Shown here: positions 35,754-45,779 of the stretch, one piece after another | How positions within the stretch are numbered: position 1 is the stretch's first letter | Layout of the letters: each line of letters begins with the position of its first letter | From: a virus | Lineage: Duplodnaviria; Heunggongvirae; Uroviricota; Caudoviricetes | Reading direction: 5' to 3' (one strand) | DNA length: 64,000 nucleotides | Virus record (IMG/VR): IMGVR_UViG_2687453623_000004 | Translations under genes and position numbers: made by a program | The notes under the pieces: generated by a model | Database searches by the model: none | Told to the model about the DNA's origin: nothing | The model's input: the letters and a program-made list of their open reading frames with translations, nothing else

Positions 35754-36131
35754 ATGAAATCAATTTTAGAGGTTTTTACTCAAGGAAATACTAAAGAAAA
35801 ACTGGCTGTTATCGCTGATCTCACAACCATTGCGGGAATATCGATAGCAACTATTATTGCTGGTTTGTTAACCCTAGTTGCAAAAACAGATAAACTAGAT
35901 GTTGGAAATCTGTTTGGAGTTGTCATAATATCTCTGCTCGGATTGGCTGGTGTTTGCTGTTTTATGGCCCTATTTATTTGGGTTATAACCCAAATGTCTA
36001 AACCATGGGGAACACCTCGGGGGATTCAGTCCTTAGTTAAGTGTGCTATTTCCCTTATCTTTATCTGTATTTTTTTGCTGGCTGTCTTTACATTTTATGA
36101 GGTTATTTCTTCGATGAGAATACTCTATTGA
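35754..36131 (+). CDS. small multi-pass membrane protein, accessory cargo (no family recognised)
   Basis: 125-aa ORF with RBS ggtgg upstream; three or four hydrophobic helices (…IAGISIATIIAGLLTLVA…, …GVVIISLLGLAGVCCFMALFIWVI…, …AISLIFICIFLLAVFTFY…). Confidence 0.55.
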   Translation: MKSILEVFTQGNTKEKLAVIADLTTIAGISIATIIAGLLTLVAKTDKLDVGNLFGVVIISLLGLAGVCCFMALFIWVITQMSKPWGTPRGIQSLVKCAISLIFICIFLLAVFTFYEVISSMRILY

Positions 36132-36494
36132 ATATAAAATCAGCTCTCATAACTTAAAAGAGGCCTTCTATAAGGTCTCTTTTAATTGAATTACCATCCT
36201 ATTAATCCAGAGAATCTTTATCATCACAAAATAACAAACATTGGAGATAATTAATAAACTAATCATCCTCAAGATCATCTTTATCTTTACAAAGCGAGTG
36301 TCAGTATTCATCCTAACATCAAGTGCAGAATGGAGTATTTTATGTATCTTCATGCCGCTTGCACGCTTTATCTCGTTTTTTGTAGGTGGTGTACTATCTC
36401 TAAATGACCATTTATATGGTGTAAGACTACTGACTTTAGAGGGCTATGATCTACATAGTTCTTCTAACCATTATTCTCCAAATAAACTTTACAA

Positions 36495-36520
36495 CGTCCG
36501 CTCCTGGCACGGAACGGACA
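36495..36520. repeat. hairpin-containing ~26-bp element, copy 2 (cgtccgctcctggcac ggaa cggac)
   Basis: Direct repeat of copy 1; together they bracket the membrane-protein gene (~0.9 kb). Confidence 0.6.
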
Positions 36521-36580
36521 GCCTGATTAGGTTTTACTCTGTGCCATAGATGAGTAATCTCATACCAGAGCTAATACGAT

Positions 36581-37105
36581 TTATTGCGGCATTTCTGGCC
36601 ATTCTATATCCGGAGCATTTTCCGGCTGAACGCGATTCAGTAGCACACGGTATTTTTTCCAGTGTGTCAGGCTTAACTTTTCTTCCTCGGTAGCCATATC
36701 TAAATCGACAGCATCCTGCAGAGTGCCAATAATTTCACCGGCATATGCAATCTGCTCTTTCTTCTGAGACTCCGCCGCTCTGACAAGTGCATCATGCTCT
36801 GCATTCTCATCATTCACCCACGCATTTCCGTTCCATTTCTGATAATCCCCATCCGGGGAAATGGCTGTCACGTCTGGAGGTAATGCACCAAGTTCAGAAA
36901 TATAAATGGCTGCTCCCGTTTTCGTTTCGTAGACAGTCTTTCCGCGATGATCTTCCATCAACTCCCATTTCATTTCATCTGCATTGAAAACGGCTGCATA
37001 ACCAGCAGGAATATCAGGTGGTGCAATATCTGTACTGTTTGCAGGCAGACCTGTATGCGGCGGAATATATGCATCACTTTCGCCAATAAACTCATTGGTT
37101 GCGTA
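36581..37105 (-). pseudogene. G: tail fibre assembly gene G, 3' fragment (175 codons, no start codon), separated from its 5' end by an IS element
   Basis: Frame open from TAA at 37106-37108 down to the stop at 36581; encodes …[57 protein letters not shown]…DIEWPEMPQ, the conserved Tfa body. Confidence 0.8.
37093..37099. repeat. 7-bp target-site duplication (CATTGGT), copy flanking the lower-coordinate IS end
   Basis: cattggt immediately precedes the IS terminus tgcgtatt… at 37100; identical heptamer follows the other terminus at 39681-39687. Confidence 0.7.
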
Positions 37106-37184
37106 TTACCGTGAAGGAGATCGGTGAGTAACATCGATGGAGATCGGTTCGTGTCACTTTCACAGAACCGTTTTTAAATTACCT

Positions 37185-37934
37185 TCACTGATCTCCTTCG
37201 GTCAACGGAGATTGTATTTTCCGCATTGATTCTCCTTTAAGTTCGATCTTGATACTGCCATGAACCAGTCGATCTAGGATGGCATCCGCATGTGTGGAGT
37301 CTCCGATCATTTTGTACCAGTTTTCCACCGGCAACTGGCTCACTACGATGATTGAGCCTCGTTGGTACATCAGATCCACTATTTCCAGCAGGTCGCTACG
37401 CTGTTCTGATGAGAGAGGTTCCAGCCCCCAGTCATCCAGAAGCAGCAGATCGCTATTATTCAGCCTGGTCAAAAGTTTGCTGTATCTTCCATCAGCATGC
37501 CCCTGATAGCACTGTTCCATCAGCGCTTTAAGGCGATAATAGTAGACCTTGTATCCCTGTCGGCAGGCATTATGACCAAGTGCACATGCCAGGAACGTTT
37601 TACCGCTGCCGGTGGCCCCGGTCAGTAAAATATTTTGTTTCAGGGTTAACCAGTTTCCCTGACTGAGTGAACGGATGAGGGCCCTGTCCAGCCCTCTATT
37701 GTTACGATAATCCAGCTTTGATAACTCAGCATTAAGTCTGAACCGTGCATGTTTGATCAGACGCTCTGCCTTCCTGTTTTCACGGCAGGTTAGTTCTTCT
37801 GCTGTCAGTAATGACAGGCGTTCTTCGAAGCCCAGCTCCTGGTATGTGCCCGGTTGAGCAAGTTGCTTTTTAAGCGCATCACGGAAGCCGGTGAGTTTAA
37901 GTGCGGTCAGTTGTTCGTAAAGATGATTCATCAT
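37185..37934 (-). CDS. istB: IS21-family transposition helper ATPase IstB
   Basis: 249-aa ORF with Walker A motif (LLTGATGSGKTFLACALG) and Walker B-like LLLLDDWG. Confidence 0.9.
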   Translation of the reverse strand: MMNHLYEQLTALKLTGFRDALKKQLAQPGTYQELGFEERLSLLTAEELTCRENRKAERLIKHARFRLNAELSKLDYRNNRGLDRALIRSLSQGNWLTLKQNILLTGATGSGKTFLACALGHNACRQGYKVYYYRLKALMEQCYQGHADGRYSKLLTRLNNSDLLLLDDWGLEPLSSEQRSDLLEIVDLMYQRGSIIVVSQLPVENWYKMIGDSTHADAILDRLVHGSIKIELKGESMRKIQSPLTEGDQ

Positions 37935-37945
37935 TGGATCCCGTA

Positions 37946-39487
37946 TCAGTGGTAATACTCACTGCCGCGTACGTTTTCGTGTTCCATCGTGGATAACAGA
38001 TCTGGTTTTGGATCCTGAACAGGTTGTTTATCCAGACCTTTTTCCAGGATCGATTTAATACCTGACAGACGCCATACCTTTGTTTTCAGAGCTCTTGCAC
38101 ATGCTGCATTAAGTCTGGCTTTACTGTATTTTTTATGAAGGTTCAGGAGTCCAAGGCAGAAGCGATAGCTTTGTTCCGGATGTGGACGAGAGTTCAGTAT
38201 ATGAAGCACATAACTATGAGTTTCACTGCCTATGTGCCCCGCCCATTCCAGAAGACGCTCTGGCGTCCAGGTGGCATGCTGTCGATGAGCTTCAGGCATG
38301 TGCTCGTTGCGGGTACTGTAGCCATAAGTACGCTTGCGCGGGTGCACAGCAACCTCCTGCCCCTGATTGAAGAGTCTTACCAGTTCTCCGGAGATCCATG
38401 CTTCCAGTTGCTGGCCTAACAGCGAACATGGAACCGAGTAGTAATGTTTGTCGATTTCCACGTGGTAATCGGCATGAACTCTGACTTTCTTCACCAGGGT
38501 GTAACTGTAACTGGCTTCAGGAAGAGGCTTCAGTGCGGGTTTATCAAGCTGGATGAAGAGTTCTGCACGTGAATAACCCAACTTCTGCATTATTTTGTTA
38601 TTCAGTCTTTCCAGCAACTCCCGAATGCGCTGATTAAGCGATGCAAGGCTGTAGAAGATCTCATGCCTGATTCGGGCCATGATCCAGCGTTCAACAACCT
38701 GAACGCCAACTTCAGCTTTGGCTTTATCTTTCGGTTTACGTGGCCGCGCAGGCAAAACTGCGACATTATAATGCTCAAGCATCTGCTGGTAGGTAGGGTT
38801 AACGTCAGGATCATACTTACATGCCCTGGATGTGGCGCTTTTCAGATTGTCCGGAACAACAAGTTCAGGAACGCCACCCAACCACTGGAAGCAGCGAACA
38901 TGACTCATCACCCAGTCTTCAAGCTGCTGAGACCAGGTGGCCTCTGCCCATGTGTAACTTGATGCCCCGAGAACAGCTACGATGACCTGAGCAGTTCTTA
39001 TTTCTCCGGTCTCAGGGTCGGTAACGCCAACGGTAGGTCCACAGTAATCAACGAAAAGTTTTTCGCCAGCTTTATGTACCTGACGCATTGATGGTGAAGT
39101 GGTTTTGAGCCATTCACGGTACATCCGGCAGTAATGGTTATAGCTGTAAAAACCGCCTGGATTACGCTCACAGTATTCTTCCCAGAGTAGCTGCAGCGTC
39201 ACGCATTTATTACGCAGTTCCCGGTGTACTGTAGCCCAGTCAGGCAGAGAGTGCTTCTTCATCTTAACCTGGGTCTGAAGGAACGCATGTTTTAGTTTTG
39301 TATCATCCCATCCTGTAGGTAAGGGCCACTGCTTTATGCCAAGTTGAGCCGCCCGATTAGCATATCTGGATACAACGGAAGGGGAGATTGCAAGACTACG
39401 ACCAATTTGTCGATGGCTGAGTCCAACACCGTATTTAAGCCTAAGAATTTCTTTAAGTTTTCTCATAGAAATTGGAACTGTTGGCAT
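37946..39487 (-). CDS. istA: IS21-family transposase IstA
   Basis: 513-aa ORF with N-terminal HTH (…LSHRQIGRSLAISPSVVSRY…) and DDE-type catalytic core; followed 12 nt later by istB. Confidence 0.9.
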   Translation of the reverse strand: MPTVPISMRKLKEILRLKYGVGLSHRQIGRSLAISPSVVSRYANRAAQLGIKQWPLPTGWDDTKLKHAFLQTQVKMKKHSLPDWATVHRELRNKCVTLQLLWEEYCERNPGGFYSYNHYCRMYREWLKTTSPSMRQVHKAGEKLFVDYCGPTVGVTDPETGEIRTAQVIVAVLGASSYTWAEATWSQQLEDWVMSHVRCFQWLGGVPELVVPDNLKSATSRACKYDPDVNPTYQQMLEHYNVAVLPARPRKPKDKAKAEVGVQVVERWIMARIRHEIFYSLASLNQRIRELLERLNNKIMQKLGYSRAELFIQLDKPALKPLPEASYSYTLVKKVRVHADYHVEIDKHYYSVPCSLLGQQLEAWISGELVRLFNQGQEVAVHPRKRTYGYSTRNEHMPEAHRQHATWTPERLLEWAGHIGSETHSYVLHILNSRPHPEQSYRFCLGLLNLHKKYSKARLNAACARALKTKVWRLSGIKSILEKGLDKQPVQDPKPDLLSTMEHENVRGSEYYH

Positions 39488-39680
39488 AGGTATCCTTTAC
39501 CGGAATGGCAAAAGATACAGATCAACACACCTGTGAAGTTCCAATAACATTGATGGAGATCACTGAATAACAAAATGAGTCAAAAGTGATCTCCATCGAT
39601 GTTATTCAGCGATCTGTTCAAATGTTATTACCCGATCTCGATGGAAGTTATTGAGTGATCTCCTTTCATGAAAATACGCA

Positions 39681-39747
39681 CATTGGTTCCATCAAGTAAA
39701 TTGAAAACGCGGATAGTTTGTGCTTCTGCACTCATTCTGAAAGCCAT
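39681..39747 (-). pseudogene. G: tail fibre assembly gene G, 5' fragment (first 22 codons)
   Basis: ATG at 39747-39745 overlapping the H stop; encodes [22 protein letters not shown], then runs into the IS terminus; joining it to the 3' fragment across the IS restores …[15 protein letters not shown]…. Confidence 0.75.
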
Positions 39748-42371
39748 TATGCAAGCCTCACAATATAGTTAAATGCGATGTTTTTGACGGTGTTTTCTGT
39801 ATTACCTGTAGCATTAACGGTAATAGAGTGCCCGTGTGAGCCAATAGCAACCGTGTGTGAATGTGCACCAATACCAACCGTATGATTATGTGCACCAATA
39901 TCTACCGTGTGGGCATGATTCCCGGCAGCTCCTGATGTGCCATTAAACGATGGGTTGTCAAAGCCTGTTTTACCGGTTTCACCATTAGTATTGGCATTCC
40001 CTCTGTAAATGGTATGTGTATGGTTACCAGTGGTATTAGTGGTTTTTGTTCCGTAGTTAAACGTACTGACTGTCTTCGTCCCGTAATCAAACGAACTGGT
40101 TGTTTTCGTTCCCAAATCCGTATTTGACGCACTGGCACTGTGAGTATGCGATTTAATCCCGTCCTGTTCCTGTGACAATACGGCACGCCCACTGGCGGGT
40201 TTGCCCTTGATTGTCCAGCCGCGCATATCAGGAATAACACCAGAAGGATAGGCTATAGCCAGTTTCGGATATGCTGCCTTATCAAACGTCTGCCCCTGCA
40301 TGATTGCATAGCCTGCAGGTGGTGTATCTGATGGCCACGGCAGCGGAACACCAGGCGGAAACGCTTCAATATTTGCCGAGCCGTCAAATTTTACGCCGTT
40401 AATTGTCCTTGCCGTTTTCAGCTTTGTTGCTGTAGCCGCATTGCCGGACAGTTCACCAGAAAGGCCTGCACTGAATGTCTGTTTTGCCTCCCATGTCTGG
40501 GCTTCGTCGATAATTGGTAGCCGACGAATATTGAAGCTACGCTCCCCAGGATTGCCATATAAGCGGACTGTAAAAAAACGATAGTTGGTTTTGTTTGAAG
40601 TGCTGCGCCATACCTGCATTGAACGGGCGACACCTCCGCCTTCACTGGGGCCAACAGTGATATTTATCAGGTTAGTATCAATGACGCCCCATTCCATCCC
40701 ATCGGGAATATTGGTCATATCTGAAAGCCTGACAGTTATCATGCTGCCCGGTATAAAGTCGTAGGTCTGCCAGTCCAGACTGGATAACCTGTCGGTAACA
40801 CCGCCGACACCTAATTTAGTGAGTAATGATTTTGAGTTGTATACTTCCGCCCATTCCCCCCAGTCAGTTTCACCGCTGGCGCGGGTTCGCTGAAATGTCC
40901 GGTTTTTATAGGCATCCGTTGCTGAAACAGTCGTATATGTCTGGATATACGATTCAATATCACAACGTTTTTTCACCTCAACTATTGAGCCAACAGCAAG
41001 ATCTTTAGAGTCGGTGACAGGTGCATTTGTGGCCTGTTTCGTGACGCTATAAATACCAGGCTTTAAAAGGTCATCAAGATCCCCTGAATAAGTCCATCCC
41101 GTGGACTGATACCCAACAGCAATCCAGTCCTCCCATTGTGGATTTTCTGCATCCCATGAGGCTGTCAGTCCGCGAATGTACATAGTCCCACTACGGGTGG
41201 TATAACGTTGCATCCTCCCATACAGACCGCCTTCAAAGACTTCCAGAATACCCTGTCCAAAACTCCCTTCCTCCGGGAAATGACGGTCAAATGAGGCTAT
41301 TGATGTACTGCTATTGCGCCATATTCCCAGGTGTTCCGCACCACCTAAAGAATTCAGGTCAATTGACGTGCTTAATGGGCGAGTCCCGCTTGTAATAGCT
41401 CTCCATGCACTCCATACAGGACTGACAGGGTTCCATTCTGCATCAAGCATCCGAATGTAAATATTACCGGTTCGGGTGGTGTAGCGTTGTGTGCAGTGAA
41501 AGCGACCAGCATTGAATACTTCCAGAACCCCATTGCCTTTATCTTCAGGGTAACCAGACTCTGGTTTTGCAGTGGATTGTGACGGACATGACCACGTTCC
41601 AAGATATTTTTCTTCTGGGCCATAGGAATCAAGATTGTCAGTGGTTGGAATCATTCCATTGTGTTTCATAAACGTCAGGCTGGTAACGCCAATATTGTCC
41701 AGAAAAGCGCCCTTATCTGGAATATCGCCACCGTTCTGGTCTTTCTGCAGACGTTTCTCAGCATTGTCATAGGCTGCTTTTACTGCCTTTGGCGTTGCTG
41801 CCAGCTTTTCACTGGTGCTGTTTGTTGCACTGCTTAACTGAGTAAAACCTTTTTCTGTCAGCGTGGCGTCAGGATGGCGGCGGGACTGCTCATGCTCTGC
41901 GATTTTGTCATCGACGTAATCCTGCGTCGCCATCACTGTGCTGGCATCAATACTCAGCTCAACAGACGCCACGTTACTGACAATAATGACCATGCGGCAG
42001 GTCTGCGCACGCCCGGAGCCTTCAGCCAGTTCAGGCTTATAGCTTTCTGCCATGTTAGCGACCGCAATCAGTGTTCCGGCATCATCATACAGACCAAGTT
42101 CACGCATCCAGAAGCCGCCCACTTCTGGCGGTACAACCAGTTCAGCCACGATATAGTTTTTATTCTTGTTATCCACGCTGACTTTATTCAGAGCGTGACG
42201 CCAGACCTCATGCACCAGTTTCGTCTGACCGGCATCCGGCACCGGCAATTTGCCATTACCGTCACCCACGGCCATTGCAGACAGGTTTACTTTTTTCCCG
42301 CCGGGGACAGTGGCGGCTGCCAGCTTTGCGGCTCCGGCAGTAGTGATAACGGTTTTAAATTTCGTGCTCAT
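39747..42371 (-). CDS. H: tail fibre protein H
   Basis: 874-aa [66 protein letters not shown]… (P2 H-like N-terminus) with His-rich C-terminal repeats ending [11 protein letters not shown]. Confidence 0.9.
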   Translation of the reverse strand: MSTKFKTVITTAGAAKLAAATVPGGKKVNLSAMAVGDGNGKLPVPDAGQTKLVHEVWRHALNKVSVDNKNKNYIVAELVVPPEVGGFWMRELGLYDDAGTLIAVANMAESYKPELAEGSGRAQTCRMVIIVSNVASVELSIDASTVMATQDYVDDKIAEHEQSRRHPDATLTEKGFTQLSSATNSTSEKLAATPKAVKAAYDNAEKRLQKDQNGGDIPDKGAFLDNIGVTSLTFMKHNGMIPTTDNLDSYGPEEKYLGTWSCPSQSTAKPESGYPEDKGNGVLEVFNAGRFHCTQRYTTRTGNIYIRMLDAEWNPVSPVWSAWRAITSGTRPLSTSIDLNSLGGAEHLGIWRNSSTSIASFDRHFPEEGSFGQGILEVFEGGLYGRMQRYTTRSGTMYIRGLTASWDAENPQWEDWIAVGYQSTGWTYSGDLDDLLKPGIYSVTKQATNAPVTDSKDLAVGSIVEVKKRCDIESYIQTYTTVSATDAYKNRTFQRTRASGETDWGEWAEVYNSKSLLTKLGVGGVTDRLSSLDWQTYDFIPGSMITVRLSDMTNIPDGMEWGVIDTNLINITVGPSEGGGVARSMQVWRSTSNKTNYRFFTVRLYGNPGERSFNIRRLPIIDEAQTWEAKQTFSAGLSGELSGNAATATKLKTARTINGVKFDGSANIEAFPPGVPLPWPSDTPPAGYAIMQGQTFDKAAYPKLAIAYPSGVIPDMRGWTIKGKPASGRAVLSQEQDGIKSHTHSASASNTDLGTKTTSSFDYGTKTVSTFNYGTKTTNTTGNHTHTIYRGNANTNGETGKTGFDNPSFNGTSGAAGNHAHTVDIGAHNHTVGIGAHSHTVAIGSHGHSITVNATGNTENTVKNIAFNYIVRLA

Positions 42372-42381
42372 TGTTTCTCAC

Positions 42382-42912
42382 TTATCCGGGATAAACAGTA
42401 ATAACATCACCATCACAGACCACACCGCCTGTATACAGATAGCCGGGAATGTCCTGGATAATGTTCAGACCGATAAGGTGGCGACTTGCGGGTTTGGCAT
42501 CGGCAATCAGCCGTTCCATTTCCAGATACATCTCCTCCGTGATGCCGCTTTCCAGTACGCCGATATCAAGGCGGAAGGTTCCTGGCGGGTCGTTTGTCTC
42601 CCACCATTCCTTTACGTTAATGAGATAGCCGAGCGGCTCCACCACACGCCGGATTGCGCCGACAGTGCCTTTATGACAATGAATGAAATAGGCATCGCGG
42701 ATAACGGCGCGTTTTGTCGCTTCCGGCCACTTTTCATCCCAGCGGTCAACCGAAAATGACCACGCCAGCCACGGCAGTAGATTTGCCGGGCAGGTGTCCG
42801 GGTTCCACAGCTCACGAATACTGACCGGCGTTTTTTCAATTTCCGCACAGGCTTTTGCGGCGGCGACTTCAAGCGGTGATGAGCCAGTCGGCAGCAGTCG
42901 CGAATCACTCAT
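42382..42912 (-). CDS. I: baseplate/tail protein I
   Basis: 176-aa ORF matching P2 gpI. Confidence 0.85.
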   Translation of the reverse strand: MSDSRLLPTGSSPLEVAAAKACAEIEKTPVSIRELWNPDTCPANLLPWLAWSFSVDRWDEKWPEATKRAVIRDAYFIHCHKGTVGAIRRVVEPLGYLINVKEWWETNDPPGTFRLDIGVLESGITEEMYLEMERLIADAKPASRHLIGLNIIQDIPGYLYTGGVVCDGDVITVYPG

Positions 42913-43813
42913 CCGAGCCTCCGGTCACGACGCTGTATTCGGTGCAGAAAGACGCCTGCGTACTGTTGAGCACAATGTCGGCCAGTGGTGCGGCCAGCTC
43001 GACACGCTGCACGCCTTCCACATGCAAAGCGGCATAAATGGCAGACAGACGGATGTCGCGCCCCAGCCGGTGCTGTGCCGTGATGTACGCTTCCAGTTTT
43101 TTCACGGCAGCAGCGCGGATGGGTTCGCTTTCGGGACCAGGGTAAAGGTAAAGCGTGGCGTTTATCTGGTATTCAACAATGGCGGCAGACTGCACGGTCA
43201 CGCGGTCGGCCACCGGCCTGACGTCCTCGCCATTAAGGGCGTTACGCACCACCGCCAGCAGGTCTTCGGATGCCACACCGTTATTTTCACGTGACAGCAC
43301 AGAGATGGTGACGCAGGCCGGAGACGGACTGGTGACAGAGATATCCGCGACACGCCCATCGGCACTGCGACCATGATACTGATAGGCTCCCACCGACCCG
43401 GCGACGCTTAAACCTTCAAACGCCTGCTGAATACGCAGACGATAATCGGTGTCAGACTCCATCACTGCCGGTGTCGGCGGGATGGTCGAATCATCTGCCG
43501 GGGTGATAGTCAGGCGCGTGGTGTTGTAATTGGCACCAATCACATCAAGGTCATTACCGGCTGCACAGGCCAGCATCACCGCCCGTGCAGCCTCATTCAC
43601 ACGCTGACGCCAGATAAGCTCACGATAAGCATTTTCCTCCAGCAGTTTGACGAGAGGCTCAGATTCCAGCGTCAGGGTACGGGCGACCGCCTCCTGCTGG
43701 TCTTCCGGGTAAAGGGAAATCAGTGTCGCCTTGCGTTCAGCGAGAATGGTTTCAAAGTCCAGCTCCTCGACCACATCCGGTGCGGGTAGCTGGTTCAGGT
43801 CGATAATCGGCAT
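42905..43813 (-). CDS. J: baseplate assembly protein J
   Basis: 302-aa ORF matching P2 gpJ. Confidence 0.9.
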   Translation of the reverse strand: MPIIDLNQLPAPDVVEELDFETILAERKATLISLYPEDQQEAVARTLTLESEPLVKLLEENAYRELIWRQRVNEAARAVMLACAAGNDLDVIGANYNTTRLTITPADDSTIPPTPAVMESDTDYRLRIQQAFEGLSVAGSVGAYQYHGRSADGRVADISVTSPSPACVTISVLSRENNGVASEDLLAVVRNALNGEDVRPVADRVTVQSAAIVEYQINATLYLYPGPESEPIRAAAVKKLEAYITAQHRLGRDIRLSAIYAALHVEGVQRVELAAPLADIVLNSTQASFCTEYSVVTGGSDE

Positions 43814-43817
43814 GGTT

Positions 43818-44165
43818 TCAACTCACAGGGATGGTTAACGAAAGTGGCTGGCCGGTGTCGTTGTGCTGGCCGGTTAACGTGACCGTCATTCGCCCGTCAA
43901 AACTGCGCGCCGTAGTGACGGATGACAGGGTGACGCGGGGTTCCCATTTCAGCACGGCCATGTAACAGGCGACCTTAATCTGCAACTCAAGCGCCGGGGT
44001 CTGCGGCTGGTCAATCATTGACGCCAGCAACGAGCCGTAATCACGACGCATCACCCGTGAGCCGACCGGTGTGCGCAGGATATCGCCGATACTCTGGCTG
44101 ATATGCTCAAGGTCAGTGACAGTCAGGCCATCACTGCGATTCATTCCGAGATAACGCGCTGTCAT
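43818..44165 (-). CDS. W: baseplate wedge protein W
   Basis: 115-aa ORF matching P2 gpW. Confidence 0.9.
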   Translation of the reverse strand: MTARYLGMNRSDGLTVTDLEHISQSIGDILRTPVGSRVMRRDYGSLLASMIDQPQTPALELQIKVACYMAVLKWEPRVTLSSVTTARSFDGRMTVTLTGQHNDTGQPLSLTIPVS

Positions 44166-44797
44166 AGAGGACTCCCGGTTGTGCCGCCGCTGTCGCCGGG
44201 GTGTTTATGGGTATGCAGTACCTTACCGTTTGATGAGAGTTCACCGCCGGTGTGTTCAATGTTGCCGCGCATCGTCCCGCCCTTCTGCACTTTCAGCGTG
44301 CCGGTAATCAGCCTGTTGGTGCAGACCACCTCCGGTGTGTCCAGGGTGATGCGGGTTGATGCTTTCACCATGACCACCGGCACCGTGGCAGTAACAGAAT
44401 CAGAAGCCGTCACGCTGGCCGTTTTAATTCCGCTTACCGTGAGTGCACTGGTTTCGGGTTCATACTCAATCACCGCCCCGTCAGGGAAACGGATATGCAG
44501 GGCATCAGCCGACGCAGACGGCGCGGGGTTATCGCCGGAATAAATCCCCGGCAGAACAAACGCCGTGTCAAGTTCACCACCCACGGCCAGAATCAGCACC
44601 TGTTCCCCCACGGAAGGTGCCCACCATGTGCGCGAACGTCCTGCGCGATGGGTCAGCCACTGAAGCCAGTCGGTGCACATGCCGCCGGTCTGCACACGGC
44701 AGCGACCGGCGTTAAGGTCGGTTTCGACGATAATGCCGGTGCGGATCATGTTGCGCAGTGCGCGCGCGAGTTCCTGAATATTTGCGAGAGTGTTCAT
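44162..44797 (-). CDS. V: baseplate spike protein V
   Basis: 211-aa ORF MNTLANIQELARALRNMIRTGIIVETDLNAGRCRVQTGGMCTDW… matching P2 gpV. Confidence 0.9.
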   Translation of the reverse strand: MNTLANIQELARALRNMIRTGIIVETDLNAGRCRVQTGGMCTDWLQWLTHRAGRSRTWWAPSVGEQVLILAVGGELDTAFVLPGIYSGDNPAPSASADALHIRFPDGAVIEYEPETSALTVSGIKTASVTASDSVTATVPVVMVKASTRITLDTPEVVCTNRLITGTLKVQKGGTMRGNIEHTGGELSSNGKVLHTHKHPGDSGGTTGSPL

Positions 44798-44863
44798 AAC
44801 GGGAAGGATGCCGCCGGGTCATACCGGCGGCAATGTGACGATGAGGTGTCGGGAATGGCACAA
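44798..44863 (-). promoter_or_regulatory. probable late promoter region upstream of V
   Basis: Position inferred from P2 operon structure; motif not resolved. Confidence 0.25.
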
Positions 44864-45316
44864 CTAACGGTCGAGGTGAGCCAGAATAATCTCTTCAATC
44901 ATCTGCACATCCTCACCGGTAAAGCCGAGCAGAGGACGCGCCGGATAATCAATTTTCTTACCGTCTTTCCGGGTTTCTTCCGACAGACCGAACTGATGCA
45001 CACTGGCGATTTTCGGCGACTTCCCGCCGTAAAATTCCATTGATGCCTGTTCCGGGCTGGCGCGGATATGCAAAAAACGACTGGTGATAAGTTTCGCAAA
45101 CATTTTTCGCTTAACACGACCGGTCTTTTTTCTGGCGCTCTGCTGCTGGCGTGGCGCGTAGGGTGTGCCGTCCGGGGCTTTCTGTGCCATCACCCGACGC
45201 TGCTGACTCTGCCGCAGACGCTTCGCCAGCTCTGCACTCAGCCGCCGACGCCCTGACGGTGACAGCGACTCAATCAGTCCGGTCAGCCGGTCTTCAAAAC
45301 GCTTAAACTCATTCAT
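44864..45316 (-). CDS. S: tail completion protein S
   Basis: 150-aa ORF MNEFKRFEDRLTGLIESLSPSGRRRLSAELAKRLRQSQQRRV… matching P2 gpS. Confidence 0.9.
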   Translation of the reverse strand: MNEFKRFEDRLTGLIESLSPSGRRRLSAELAKRLRQSQQRRVMAQKAPDGTPYAPRQQQSARKKTGRVKRKMFAKLITSRFLHIRASPEQASMEFYGGKSPKIASVHQFGLSEETRKDGKKIDYPARPLLGFTGEDVQMIEEIILAHLDR

Positions 45317-45779
45317 CCCACTTGCTCACCAGTTCGCCATTGATATAAAGCTCCATCGGGCGGGTGACCGGCTCCGGCGGCGGGGGTTCCGGGATATTCT
45401 TCACATGCAGTGCGCCGTCCACCTCACTGACCAGCGTTCGCTCGGTCAGCATCAGGCTGATGCTGATATCAAAACTGCTGTCATTGTTGATGTCTGCATA
45501 AAACGTGAAGCCCTTTTTCTGGCCTGCGTCGGTGGTCATGATGTCGGGCTGATTTTCCCGCAGCCACGCCAGCACCGGCACGATGAGCAGGTCAAAATCA
45601 CCGGTAAAGTCGGTCACAATGACATTGAGCGTGTAACGCTTTTCGAATGACAGCGACGTCGCCAGTGTGGAGGCAATACTCCCGTTATCCACGAATATCC
45701 GCAGCATATCGGGGTTAGTTTTCAGCACCGTGACGGCATCAGTCAGCGCCCTGCGCAGGCTGTCGGGTTTGAGCATCAT
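45309..45779 (-). CDS. R: tail completion protein R
   Basis: 156-aa ORF matching P2 gpR. Confidence 0.85.
   Translation of the reverse strand: MMLKPDSLRRALTDAVTVLKTNPDMLRIFVDNGSIASTLATSLSFEKRYTLNVIVTDFTGDFDLLIVPVLAWLRENQPDIMTTDAGQKKGFTFYADINNDSSFDISISLMLTERTLVSEVDGALHVKNIPEPPPPEPVTRPMELYINGELVSKWDE

Larger units (their letters stand above)
37100..39680 (-). mobile_element. IS21-family insertion sequence (istA-istB), ~2.58 kb
   Basis: Termini TG…CA with imperfect inverted repeats (tgcgtattaccgtgaaggagatcgg… / …ctcctttcatgaaaatacgca), multiple internal terminal repeats (catcgatggagatc), two-gene istA-istB structure, 7-bp flanking duplication. Confidence 0.85.

Noticed and set aside
36168-36549. 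Short ORFs (61 and 102 aa) in the AT-rich spacer between the membrane-protein cargo gene and G
   Set aside because: AT-rich DNA readily yields spurious ORFs; no RBS or recognisable features. A real small gene cannot be excluded.
41874-42759. Plus-strand ORFs of 169-175 aa overlapping H and I
   Set aside because: Antisense to well-supported P2 tail genes; Cys/His-rich artefactual translations.
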